This document shows positions 50,006-61,329 of a DNA stretch of 64,000 bases, piece after piece. The DNA is from Scenedesmus sp. PABB004 (taxonomy: Eukaryota). The position numbers were made by a program, and so were the translations under genes. Each line of letters begins with the position of its first letter. Position 1 is the first letter of the stretch. The notes under the pieces are model-generated. The model ran no database searches. It saw nothing but the letters and a program-made list of their open reading frames with translations, and was not told the DNA's origin. Location of the stretch: the NCBI GenBank assembly GCA_014905635.1, contig CM026547.1, positions 4,402,001 through 4,466,000 on the forward strand, in the 5' to 3' direction.

Positions 50006-51404
50006 TCAGCGGTAGAGCGCCTCCTGCCGCAGGTTGGTCGCGATCTCGGTCTCCCAGCGGTCCCCGTTCTCCAGCAGCTTCTGCTTGTCGTACAGCAGCT
50101 CCTCGCGCGTCTCGGTGCTAAACTCAAAGTTGGGCCCCTCCACGATCGCGTCGACGGGGCACGCCTCCTGCGCGAGGCGGAGGGGCGCGGCGCAGCGACG
50201 AGCGCGGCGCGCGTGAGCCGGAGGCGGGGCGGCCGCCGCGCCCGGGGGGCTGCGCGCGTGCGCAGCGCCGCTGGGCCGCGCTCCACCACCCGCCGCCGTG
50301 CGCTTGACGTGCCTGGCAGAAGCCGCAGTAGATGCACTTGGTCATGTCGATGTCGTACCGCGTCGTGCGCCGGCTGCCGTCCTCGCGCTCCTCCGCCTCG
50401 ATCGTGATCGCCTGCGCGCGGCGGCGCGTGGCGGCGCGTGGGTGGCGGCCGCGCCGCCGCACGGCGCGGCTGCGCCGAGCCGGGCAGGCGCGGGCGCGGC
50501 GGCGGGCGCGGCGGCGGCGGGCGCGCGCCTGCGCGGGGCAGACGGCCTCGCAGAGCTTGCATGCGATGCAGCGCTCCTCGCCGGTCGGGTAGCGGCGCAG
50601 CACGTGCTCGCCGCGGAAGCGCGGGCTGATGGCGCCCTTCTCAAAGGGGTAGTTCAGCTGGGGGCGGGAGGAGGGGGGGCGCGAGGCGGGAGGGTCGGCG
50701 CTGCGGCGGTGCGCGCTGCTGCTGCTGCCGCCGCCGCTGCTGCTTTGACCGCCGCTGCTGCTTCGACCGCCGCTGCTGCTTTGACCGCCGCCGCCGCAGC
50801 GCTCACCGTGACCTTGGGCTCAAAGTACGCCTTGATGGTGTAGGCCATGCCGCGCACGATCTCCGTCACGAACAGCGCGTTGGCGCTGTCGTCCAGGACT
50901 GCGTGCGGGCGCGGTGGCGGGCGTGGGCGTGGCGGCGGGCGTGGGCGCGGGCGCAGCAGCGCGCGGCGGCAGCGGCGGCGGCGGCGGCAGCAGCGCCCCG
51001 CTGCGCTGCCGCCGCCGGTGCGGCCCGCGCGCTCACTCGCTGCCACGTCCTTTGGCTGCTTGCGGAAGGTGGGGTCGCGCTCCTTCTTGTCTGCGGGCGG
51101 GGCGCGCGGCGCGAGCAGCGAGCAGCGGCGCGGCGGGTCGGCGGCGCGGCGCGGCCACGCGCGCGCGCGGCGCAGCCCGGCGGCGGGCCGATTGGCGGCC
51201 CGACCCGCCCCGACGCCCGTGGGCCCCGCGCCGGCGCCGGGCGGGCGCACCGCGCTCCGCATTCGTGCCAAAGGTGAAGTGATACTTCTCGCCGCTCGTG
51301 TAGAGGCTCATGGCGCGGCTCTGGCTGCCCAGCGCGGCCAGGGCAGGCCCTAGGCGGCCCAGGCCGCCCAGGCCGCCCGCCAGCGCCTGCAGCAGCGCCG
51401 GCAT
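50006..51404 (-). CDS. NDUFS8: Mitochondrial complex I Fe-S subunit TYKY (NuoI homologue)
   Basis: Presequence [11 protein letters not shown]..; [112 protein letters not shown]. Confidence 0.98.
50731..50784. repeat. Intronic 18-nt tandem repeat x3 (ccgccgctgctgctt(t/c)ga)
   Basis: Directly visible in an NDUFS8 intron. Confidence 0.85.
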
Positions 51405-51752
51405 CGCGCCGCGGGCAGGCGCCCCGACTCGATCGACGCCTGCTGCCGCGGTGGGCGCCCGGCTGGCGCGGGCGGGCTGTCGGGCGTGGCGCACGGGGGG
51501 CCCTCCTCGCGGACTGGCGCGCTGCGGGGCGCCTGGTCGGGTCCGGGGCGCGCCGGGCTTTGCGACTCGCAGAGCCCCCTCCAGCTCCAGGCCCGCGCCC
51601 GCACGCCCGCCCCCCAGTCGGGACCGGCGCAGCGGCCCACAGAGACGTTGGGGAGCAGCCGCACCCCCCGAAGGGCGGGCCCGTTCCGCACCGACCGGCC
51701 CGCGCGCCCACAAAACGCCCGGGAGCGCGCCGCAGCCCGCCCGAGCGCGCCC

Positions 51753-52910
51753 ATGGCGCTGCCACGCGGCGCGTGGGCGCCGCCCGCCCGCGCGCCCGGC
51801 GGCGGCGGCGTGCGGCGCGCCGTTGTCGGCGGCACCGGCACGCAACCGCTCCTCCGCCGCCGGCGCGCGGTCGTGCCGCGGGTGTCGAGCAGCAACCAGG
51901 CGCAGGAGCAGTGGTCCCTCTCCCGCCTCCTGCCTCTCCGCCGCCGGCGCGCGGTCGTGGCGCGGGCGTCGAGCAGCAACCAGGAGCAGGAGCAGTGGTC
52001 CCTCTCGCGCTTCCTGCCGCTCGGCGACGGCGACGCCATCCTGCTGCCGCGGGCGCGCGCCGAGGTGCGGTGCGGCGCCGTCAGCAGCAGCGGCGCCGCC
52101 GTGGCAGCAGCGCGCGCCGCGACCGCGCCGGCGCCGCTGCTCCGGCCGCAGGTCGGCCCCAGCTACGAGCTGAGCCGGGACGAGGCCATCGCGGTGCAGC
52201 TCGCGGCGCTCGCGGACAACGACAAGCCGTTCTATGACCACGGCATCGAGGTGCTCTACCGCTTTGCAAACTTCGACCCCTTCCAGCGCGCGCGCTACTT
52301 CGGGTGACCGCCGCACGCCCACGCGCAGCCGCACGCACGCACGCGCAGCCGCACGCGCAGCGCCGCGCCGCGCCGCGCCGCGCCGCGCCGCGCCGCGCCG
52401 CGCCGCGCCGCCGCGTGCCGCGCTCGCTCGCACAGCCGCGCCGCCGCCGCGCCGCCGCGCAGCAAGTCGTTTGACCTGGGCCAGTTTGAGCGCTTCCGGC
52501 GCATCCTGCACATCCCGGCCTACAAGCCCCTGCTGGGGCACGAGGGCGTGGAGACGCTCTCCGCGCTGCAGCTCAGCGAGCGCGTGTGGAAGACGAGGTT
52601 CGCCGTGCGCGGCGAGGCGGGCCGCGAGCAGGGCGTGTATGAGATCACGATGGTGCAGCGCCTCGGCGGCCGATACGGTGCGCGCGGGGGGGGGGGGGGG
52701 GGGGGGGGCGTGCGCCGCCGCTGCTGCGCCGCGCAGCCCTGCCCCCGCCCGCCACCCACTTCACCTTGCCCGCCCCCGCCCACCTTCCCTCGCCCGCCGC
52801 CCGCCCCGCCCACCCCACACCCCCGCGCACAAACCCCAGACGGCTACTGGTTCACCGAATCGCTCGTGGCCGACGGCAACGACTGGAAGGCGGCGCAGGT
52901 CACGTTCTGA
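51753..52910 (+). CDS. Conserved uncharacterised green-lineage protein, probably plastid-targeted
   Basis: Transit-peptide-like N-terminus; QLAALADNDKPFYDHGIEVLYRFANFDPFQRARYFG|KSFDLGQFERFRRILH..LLGHE..YEITMVQRLGGRY|DGYWFTESLVAD resembles a plant/algal protein family of unknown function (from memory). Confidence 0.85.
51852..52019 (+). repeat. In-frame 84-nt tandem duplication (28 aa x2)
   Basis: LRRRRAVVPRVSSSNQAQEQWSLSRLLP / LRRRRAVVARASSSNQEQEQWSLSRFLP. Confidence 0.92.
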
Positions 52911-53589
52911 GCCCCGCCGCCGCAGCCGGCGGCGGCGGGCAGCGGGCGGGCGCGCGGCGGCGGCGGCCTCGAGTGCACCGGCAGCCGCGGCGCTGCCGGC
53001 GAGGGCGGGGCGGGGCGGGGCGGGGGGCTGCGCGCCGCCGGGGGGGGGGGGGGGCTGCGTTGAGGCTCGCTCGCTCACCGTTGTGCCGAGGGGCAGCGGC
53101 GCCGTGCACTTGTATGGGGAGGGGGGAGCATCGCACGGCGCTGCTGCAAGCGCAGCGCCGGGGCCGCAGCGTGTGCTGCGTGCTGCCGTGTACCACCAGC
53201 GCCACCACCAGCACCACGTCCGGGGCCCCTGCCGCGGGGCAGCCCGGGGGCCGCGCGCGCGTGCCGTCGCTCTCCCTGCGGCGGCGCCGCCGCGTGCGCA
53301 CGTGTGTACACAACCTAAATTCAAGCCGCGGCCCCCGCCCAGATCGGCGGGGCGCGCGCGCGGCGTGTGTGAGCCTAGGCGCGCCCGGCCGCTGCACGTG
53401 TGCCGGGCGGCGCGCGTGTACACTAGATGGGGGGAGTCCCTGCTGCGGCGTGTCGGGCACTGCGCATTCGCTGCCGGGCCCTGCAAGGTCTGCGACACGA
53501 CCAGCACCCAGGGCGGAGGAGGTGACCCGAGGCAACGGTTTCAGGGCGCGCGCGCGCGCGACGGCTGCCGCGCCGCAGCCCGCGGTGCG

Positions 53590-54812
53590 TCACTCCGCGC
53601 TCGCCGCCTCGGCCTGCTGCGCCCGCAGCACGTCGAGCAGCAGCTGCAGCTTGTACGCCGCGGGTGGCGGCAGCGCGCCGCCGGCCTCGTCGGCCTGGCG
53701 CTGCACCTCAAACGCCACGCCCGCCGCGCGGTGCAGCAGCGTCGCCGCCTCGTCGCGCTCGCCGAGGGCGCGCGCCGCGTCCGAGACCTTGACGAGCGCC
53801 GCCGCGAGCTCCAGCTGCTCGCCCGGCCCCGCGCGCCCGCCGCTGAGCGGGCCGCACCGCGCCTCGCGCAGCGCCAGCGCGCGGCGGTACAGGCCCGCCG
53901 CCGCGGGCAGGGCCTGCTGGCTGTAGCGCAGGTCGCCGAGCTTGTTGAGCGACACGCTCAGCGCGTGCGCCGCCTCGCCGTCGTCGTCCGCAAAGCCCTC
54001 CACCGCCGCCGCGGCCTCGCCGAGCAGCGCCGCCGCGGCGGCGTCGTCGCCGAGGCGCCGGTGGCAGTCGGCGAGGCACCCGCACGCCGCCGCGAGCTGG
54101 CACGCCGCGCCGACGGCGCCCGGCGGCGGCGCCGTCGCGCCCGCGTCGAGCAGCGCCGCGCGGGCGCGCTCGAACCGGTGCAGCGCGGCGTGCGCGTTGC
54201 CGCCGGCGAGGGAGCGCAGGCCGTGGGCCATGAAGAACGAACCGGCGCTGTCGTCCGGCAGCGGGCCCAGGTCGACCTGCGCCGCCGCCACGAGCTGCGG
54301 CGAGCGGCTGTGCGTGTCGAGAAATGTGTCAACCATGCCTGCGCCGCCGCGGCGGCTGGCAGGGTCAGCGGCGCGGGCGCGGCGGCGGCGGCGGCGCGGC
54401 GGCGGCGGGCGCCGGGCCGGGCCGCGTGGTGCGGCGCGGCGCGGCGCGGCGCACCCGTGAGCTCGGCGTTTGGCTGCAGCGCCGCGTGGTCGACGTCCGC
54501 GCCGCACACGGGGCAGTCGCGCGCGCGCGCGATGCAGGCACGGCAGAAGGCGTGCCCGCACGGCGCTGCGCACGCGTCGTGCAGCAGCGCCTTGCACAGC
54601 GGGCAGTGCAGGCTGCTCAGCTGCGGGCCGCGCGAGGAGCCAAAGCCCAGCGGGCACACCGCGCGCGGCGCGGGCTCCGCGCCGGCCTGCGCCGCCTGCT
54701 GCCGCTGCTGCTGGGCCTGCGCCGCGGCGGCGGCGCCCGCAAACGGGCAGCCGCCGCCGTCGGTGCCGCCGCCGGGGGCGGCGGCGGCGCCTGAGAAGGG
54801 GCAGGTGGCCAT
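53590..54812 (-). CDS. NCA1: NCA1 (NO CATALASE ACTIVITY 1)-like RING + TPR-like catalase chaperone
   Basis: N-terminal CPF/CPLGFG motifs; RING CPLCKALL..PCGHAFCRACI..CPVCGAD; helical C-terminus GCLADCHRRLGD..HALSVSLNKLGDLRY..YRRALALR..LAAALVKVSD. One intron. Confidence 0.88.
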
Positions 54813-55169
54813 GCGCTCCGGCCGGGCGTGCGGGCGCGCGGCGGCGGGCGGCGTCGACGCGGCGCGCGGGTGGAGGGTTGGATCGCCGCGGGCTGCGCTC
54901 GCGCGTGGCGCGTGTGTGAGGTGGCCAGATCGCCGTGCCGGAAGCGGCGGCCGAGCCAAAGCGCCGCCGCCGGTCAGTGACGACGACGCGCGGGGTGCAG
55001 CGGTCGCGCCGCTGCTCGGCGCCGGCGCCGCTGCTCGGCGCCGCAGCCGCGCAGCGCCCCGCCCGCCCCCCACTCCTGCCCTGCCGCGCTCTGTCTGCGC
55101 GAGTCCGTACGCGACGCACGCGCACCGGGCTGTCCAGGCCGAGCTTCTGAGGACCACCCGCTGCGCAGG

Positions 55170-55602
55170 ATGGTGAAGGAGGCGGCCCTCACGCTCGTGA
55201 ACACCAAGATCAAGGAGAACAAGGTGGTCGTGTTCAGCAAGGTGCGGCTGCAAGGCGGCGTTGAGCGGGAGCGGCGCAGCCCCGGCGCGGCGCCGCGGCA
55301 TGCGATGCCGCCGCTGCCGCCGCCCGCCGCGATCGCCGCAGACCTACTGCCCCTACTGCATCAAGGCCAAGAAGGCGCTCACGAGCCTCATCAAGCCGGA
55401 GCAGATGGAGGTGGTCGAGATCGACGGCATGTCCCATGGCGAGGGCATCGACGTGCAGGACGCGCTGTACGAGGTCACCGGCGGGCGCAGCGTGCCGCGA
55501 GTCTTCATCGGCGGCAAGTTCATCGGCGGCGGCGACGACACGGCCGCCGCGCTCGCGAGCGGGCAGCTGGCGCAGCTGCTGTCGGCGGTCGGCCTGCCGT
55601 GA
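55170..55602 (+). CDS. CPYC-type glutaredoxin, 2 exons
   Basis: VVVFSK|TYCPYC; TGGRSVPRVFIGGKFIGGGDD; intron about 55242-55341. Confidence 0.96.
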
Positions 55603-56732
55603 GCGCGCAGCGCGCGCGTGGCGGCGGGAGCGAGCGGGGCCGCGCCGCGCAGCAGCGGCGAGGGAATAAGCGCGGCGGCGGCGGGGGCGGGGACGGCGAC
55701 GCGCGGGCGGCGGCCGGCGGGCGAGCGAGCGAGTTGGGCGCGGCGTGGTGGTGGTCACCCGCGCCGACGCTGCCGGGAGAGAGGGCAATAGACCTCCCTC
55801 CTGCGGCGCCCCCACCCCGCCTGCCTACCCGCACCCACACACACCACATGCGCGACCAGCCAATCTCGATCCTCCGGTCGCCGCGCGGCCGCCGGCGAGA
55901 TGCGAGTTGCGCGCGCCGCCGGGCAGCAGCGCCCGCTCAATGCGCGATGGCGCGCGCGTGCGGCGGCCTGATGTACACACACAGCCATGCCGGGCACACA
56001 CCGCTCGCGGTCCTGCGCTGCGGGGGCGAGCCGGCCGTCGTCGTCGTCCGCAGTCTTCGTGGCGCGCGGCGCGCCGCGCGGGGGCGGGCCCCGCTTCTTG
56101 GTCGTCTGCCGTCTCGAGCTGCGCGCCCCAAGTACAAATACAAGACTGAGGGGCACGAGGAGATGCCCGCACACGCTGCTGCACGCTGCCGCAGTGCCGC
56201 GCAGACACACGACGCACACCAAAACAGACACACGCGCGCGCGGTGTGCAAGAAAAGCAAGCAGGGCCTAGTGCCCCGCGGTCTACCTGTCGTCGGCGCTG
56301 GTGGTGGTGGTCTGGGCCGCGCGGCGGCGCGGCGCCGCGCGGCCCTGATCGCGGTCCCCTGTGTCAAGCAGGCGCGCGCGCTGGCCACGCCACGCCGCGC
56401 GCGCGCCCGCGCCCCTGTCGGCTGCGTCACGCCCTGAGAGGCTGCCCGCCGCTGTGCACTGTGCAGGAGCGCAGGGCGGTCGCAAGCGCCACAAGTGAAA
56501 CAGGCGGCCGCACGCCGGCGCCCGTCGACGGCGCCGGCGCGCGGCCGCCCGCGCTGGCAAAACTGCGCGCACCCACAAAATCGGCGGCACGCACGCCGCA
56601 GATCAAAGCCGCGCGCGGCAACGCAAAACTGGCCCCGGGCCCTGCCGAGAGAGGGGCCCGGCCGCGGCGCGGCGGCGCGGCGCGACACGCGCGCGCCCCG
56701 CGACGGCCCGAGCGGCCCGAGCAGCTTCATCA

Positions 56733-59700
56733 TCAGGGCGCGATGAAGTCAAGGCCCTCGTGCGCAGCGACCTCCTCGAGCGCGAGGGACGACGTCGCGA
56801 GCGGCAGCAGCGCGGCCCAGATGTCGGTCGTGGCGCTCGAGTCGCAGCAGTCGAGCTGGCGCGCGACCTCGGCCGCCGCCGCGGCGCTGCCGGCGCTGCC
56901 GCCGCTGCCGGCGCTCGCGGTGCTGCCGCTGCTGCTGCGCCGCCGCGGGTGCGCGCGGCGCGGGCTGCTGCTGCTGCTGCGCGTGCTGCTGCTGCCCGCG
57001 GCGCCGGCGGAGCTCGGCGAGCCCGGGTGGCCGTCCTCCTCGGCGAGGCAGTGCTTGCTGTCCAGCTGGACGAGCAGCCCGCCGCGGCGCCGCGCCGCCG
57101 CGGCCGCCACGGCCGCCGCCGCGCCGCCCGCCTGCTGCGCCGCCTGCGCCGCGAGCGCCGCGCGCAGCGCGCCGCCCGGGCCCTGCTGCTGCTGCTGCTG
57201 CTCCAGCGCCGCCGCCCAGGCGGCGGCGCGCGCGCCGGCGCCGCCGAGCGCGCCCGCGGCGGGGAAGTCGCTCACGCTGTCGGCGATGTCGTTGCTGCCC
57301 CAGCTCGCCACGCGCAGCGGCTTGTCGTCCGGCATGTTCTCGTGGATCGTGCGCCCCAGCACCGAGCCGGGGCTGCTGCCCAGCACGTGCGCGTGGTGCG
57401 CCGACTGCGCCGCCGCGGCGGTGTAGCTGTAGCCGCGGTGCAGGCCGCCGAGGTTGGCGCCGTTGGCCATGGCCGCCATCGCGTCGCCCACGGTCGCGGG
57501 CGCCGAGGGGCCGTCGCCGCGCGCCGCCGCCGACGCCTGCGCCGCCGCCGCCGCGGCCGCGTCGCCGCGCCCGCCGGCACCGCCCAGCAGCGCCGACGCC
57601 GAGAGCGCCGCGTTGCCGCCGGACAGGACAAAGCCGCCCGCCGCGGGCGAGGCCGCGGCGGAGAAGCTGCCGCCGCCGCCGCCCGCGGCCTGCTGCGCCT
57701 GCAGCAGCGCGGGCAGGTGGTTGAGGCTGCCCGCCCTGCCGCCGCCCCAGCCGCGGCCGCTCGGGCTGGTGCCGTCCAGCGGGTTGCCCCAGCTCGCGAC
57801 CGCCTGCTGCCCGATCGCCGAGATGCTGAGCCAGCTGGGGATGCGGCTCGTGAGCCCCGTGAGCGGGCGCTCGCGCGCCTTGTTGGTCAGGCGCGCGAGG
57901 CACGCGTCGAGCGTGGCCTCGATCGTGCAGTTGGTCTCGATCGCTGACAGCTTCTCCCAGATCGCGAGCTCGCCCTGCTTCGTCGCGGCGAGGATGTCGT
58001 GCGTCGTGGGGTTGACCATCGTCTTGCCGAGGTTCCACAGGTGGCTCGGCAGCACGAGCGTGATGTCGCCCTCCCACGGCTGCGTGAAGAGGCTCAGCCA
58101 CTTGGTCGGCAGCCAGTCGGGCAGGATGCACTGCATCTGCGCGCACCTGCGGCGCGGACACGCGCGGCCACGCGGCGCGCGGCGTCGGCCGACGGCGCCC
58201 GGCGCGACCGCGAGCGCGCGCGCGCGCGCGCCACCGCCGGCGCCCGCGCCGCACCGGTGGCGGAGCTCGAGCTCGAGCAGGTTGGCCCAGCGCCGGCTGA
58301 GGTTCTTCTTGAGGTTGAGCAGCGGCGCGATGTGGGGGTTGGTCTGGCTGACGATGAAGTGGTTGCAGTTGAACATCTCGGCCAGCAGGAAGGTCGGCAG
58401 GTCGAGCTCGAGGCTGCCGTCCCGCCAGCGGCGCGAGACGTTGTCGCTCATCGACGGGACGCTGAACCTGCGGGGCGCGGCGGCGGCGCGGCGGCGGGGC
58501 GTGGGCGCGGCGCGGGCTGCGGGCGCGGCGCGCGCGGCGCAAGCCCGGGCGGCTGCGGGCGGCGCAGCGTGGCGGGCGGCACGCGGCGCCGCGGGCGGCC
58601 TCACCTGACCTCCTCGCCGCGCGCGTTGCGCGCCAGCAGGTCCTGCGGGTGGAAGAGCCCCGGGAAGGCGCTGCTCGCCGCGACCGCGCTCCAGATGAGC
58701 GCCTGTTGTGCGCAGCGGCGGCGGATGCGGCGGACGCGGCGTGAGCGCGCGCGGCGCGGCGCGCCCGACGCGCGGCGCGGTGCCGCGCCCAGCACCCCGC
58801 ATGCGCCCCGCCCCAGTGCGCACCTGCGGGGCTGTGAGGTAGTTGAGCAGGCGCGCGGGCTCGTTGGTGTCGGCGGGGCAGACCGAGACGTTGAGGATGC
58901 GCCCCGTGCGCTCATAGGCCTCCAGGAAGGTGTAGTTGCCGATCAGGGCCTTCAGCTTGCGCTGCGCGGCGGCGCGGCGCGGGGCGCAGGGGGGAGGAAG
59001 ACGGGGCGCGCGGCGGGCGCGTGAGGCCGCTGCCGTGGCGCGGCGCCGGGCCCTGCCGTGCCGCCGCCGCCGCGCCGCGCCGCGCGCGCCGCCGTGCCTG
59101 GAGGTAGCTGATGTCGTGCAGCGCGCCCTTGGCCCAGAAGCTCTGCATGAGCTCCACGGCGCGGGAGTTGTTGAAGAAGCTCAGCTCGATGTTGTCCAGC
59201 TTGCGGAAGGTCTCGCGCAGCTCGTCGTCGGTGCGCGTCGCGATGATGCCCGCGACGATCGACCCCACGCTCGACCCCGCGACGACGCGCGGGAGCATGC
59301 GGTGCTCAAACAGCGCCTTGACCACGCCCTGGCGGCGGCGGCGACGCGGCGCGGCGCGGCGTGAGGCGGCGCGGAGAGGGGCCGGGGCCAGCTGCGGCGG
59401 CCGGCGCCGCGCCGCCGTCGCCGCCGCGGCGCGCACGATGTGGAAGCTCCCGAGCCCGCCGCCGCCGCTGAGGAGCAGCGCGGTACGGCCGAACGCGTGG
59501 CGCGTCTCCTTGAAGAACGCGAGCTTCTCCTCCATCTCCACGCCGCTGCCGTCGGGCCAGTCGGTCAGCTGCGCGAGCTGCGCCTTGACCTCGCCCAGGT
59601 ACTCGCGGATGGGCGCAGGCACGTCGTAAAAGTGCTCGTGCAGCCCGCTGCGCGGCGCGTGGCGTGCGGCGCGGCGTGCGGCGCGGCGTGCGGCACGTCA

Positions 59701-60696
59701 GCGGCCAGGGCGGCGCCGCGCGCGCGCGCGCGCGCACACACACTGCTGCCGCCGCCGCCGCCGCCCTGGCTGCGCTGCCGCCGCGCCGGCCCCCTGCCGT
59801 CCGTCCCTGCCGCCGTGCGCGGGCGCCCACGGGCGCCGCCGCACCTCTTGGCGATGTTGGCGATGTTGCGCACGAGGTCTGAGCGCAGCGCAAACATCAT
59901 CTCCCGCGCGTTGCCGGCCTCGCGCACCGCCGCGAGGTGCGCGGCCTTCTGCTGCAGCAGCTTCCTGTCGTAGAGCGACTCCCGGATCTTGCCCGCGCCC
60001 TCGCCGCCGCGCGGGTGGCCCATCGCGTCGAGCTGCTGCGCAAACTCGCGCCACTCGGCGTAGCTGCCCGCGGACGCCATGCGCTCCTGCACGCTGCGCA
60101 GCTGGCGCAGGCGCTCGTCAAAGCTCTCCCGCCAGCGCCGCGCCAGCGAGCTGGCCAGCGACGCCGCGACCATGAGCGCTGCGCGCGCGCGGCGGGGCGG
60201 CGCGCGCGGCGTCGGCCGCAGCAGCGGCGGTGCGCGCGCGCGGCGCGGCGCCGGCGCGCGGCGCGCGCTGCCTGCCAGCGCGCGGGGGCTGCCTGGGAAG
60301 CCTGGCCTGGCACCGGCGGAGCTCACCGACGACGACGTGCCACTTGCGGACGTCCAGGGGCACGTAGGCGCGCCCCCACTCGCGGAGCCATCGCGAGTGC
60401 GGGAAGGCGGGCGCCGCGAGCCAGCCGGCGAGGTGCCCGGCGAGCCGGGTGCTCCAGGCGGTGAGCCGGAGGAGGCTGCGGCCGGCCCAGATGTAGAAGC
60501 CGATGAGCCTGGCCAGGGGCAGGCTCAGAGTGCTCAGGCTGCGGCTCAGCGCGAGCACGGTCAGCTGCGTGATGAAGGAGAGCAGACGGTCGGTGGGATT
60601 CGGCGACCGCAGGCCCTTGCCGGGGCGCGTGCGGGCCTGCAGCCTCCCCGCGGGCGCGGGGTGGCTGCAGAGGGCCGCGGGCGGCTTGGCTCTCAT
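56733..60696 (-). CDS. SDP1: Patatin-like triacylglycerol lipase, SDP1/TGL4-like
   Basis: YAEWREFAQQLD; ETRHAFGRTALLLSGGGGLG; PRVVAGSSVGS (GxSxG); TFLEAYERTGRILNV; WSAVAASSAFPGLF; RWRDGSLELDLP; EMFNCNHFIVSQTNPH; QPWEGDIT. Start codon uncertain. Confidence 0.93.
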
Positions 60697-61329
60697 CCCC
60701 GGTTCATCGCTGCTGGCGCGACTGTGCCGGCTGGGGGCGGCGGGCGGCGAGTTGGGGGCCGCACGCGCGGCGCCACGCCCCCGCGCCGGACGAACTTCCG
60801 CACAGTCAGCAACGGGGGATGCCGACCACCCCGCAGCACTCATTCCCCGCCGCCGCCCGACGCGCCGCGCGCTCCATGCCGACGGCGCAGACGCGACGCG
60901 CGCCGCTGGCGCGGGGGCACATCGCCGCTGCCAGAGTGCCGCTGCTGCCCAGGCTTCATCAACGCAGCCTGCACAGACCCGCCGCGGAGGGCGCGTGCCA
61001 GCGCGCCCACCGCCTGGTCAGCCGCCAGGCGCACCCAGGGCGCATGCTGGCAACGCTCGACGGCGACGCAGCAGCTGCCAGGGCGCTGGCGCCGCCGCTG
61101 GCAGCGCCGCTGCCAGCCCCCGCGGCGAGCGTGCAAGGCGGGGCCGCGCTGCGGGCGGGTGGCTGACGAGCTGGCTGGCCCGGTCGGCGTGAGCTCGCCT
61201 CGAGCTCTCCAGCACGCGGGCGAGCCATGTGCAGCTTGGGGCCGTCACACACGCGCGCGTGCGTTCACCGGCAGGCACGCCCAGCCCTCTCCGCTCCTCG
61301 CCCGCCCCCGACGCGCGCTCGTTCACAGC

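Noticed and set aside
52686..52708. Poly-G run and other G/C homopolymers or (GCC)n and (GCGCC)n tracts as functional elements
   Set aside because: Ordinary low-complexity intron or UTR sequence in this genome with no supporting structure.
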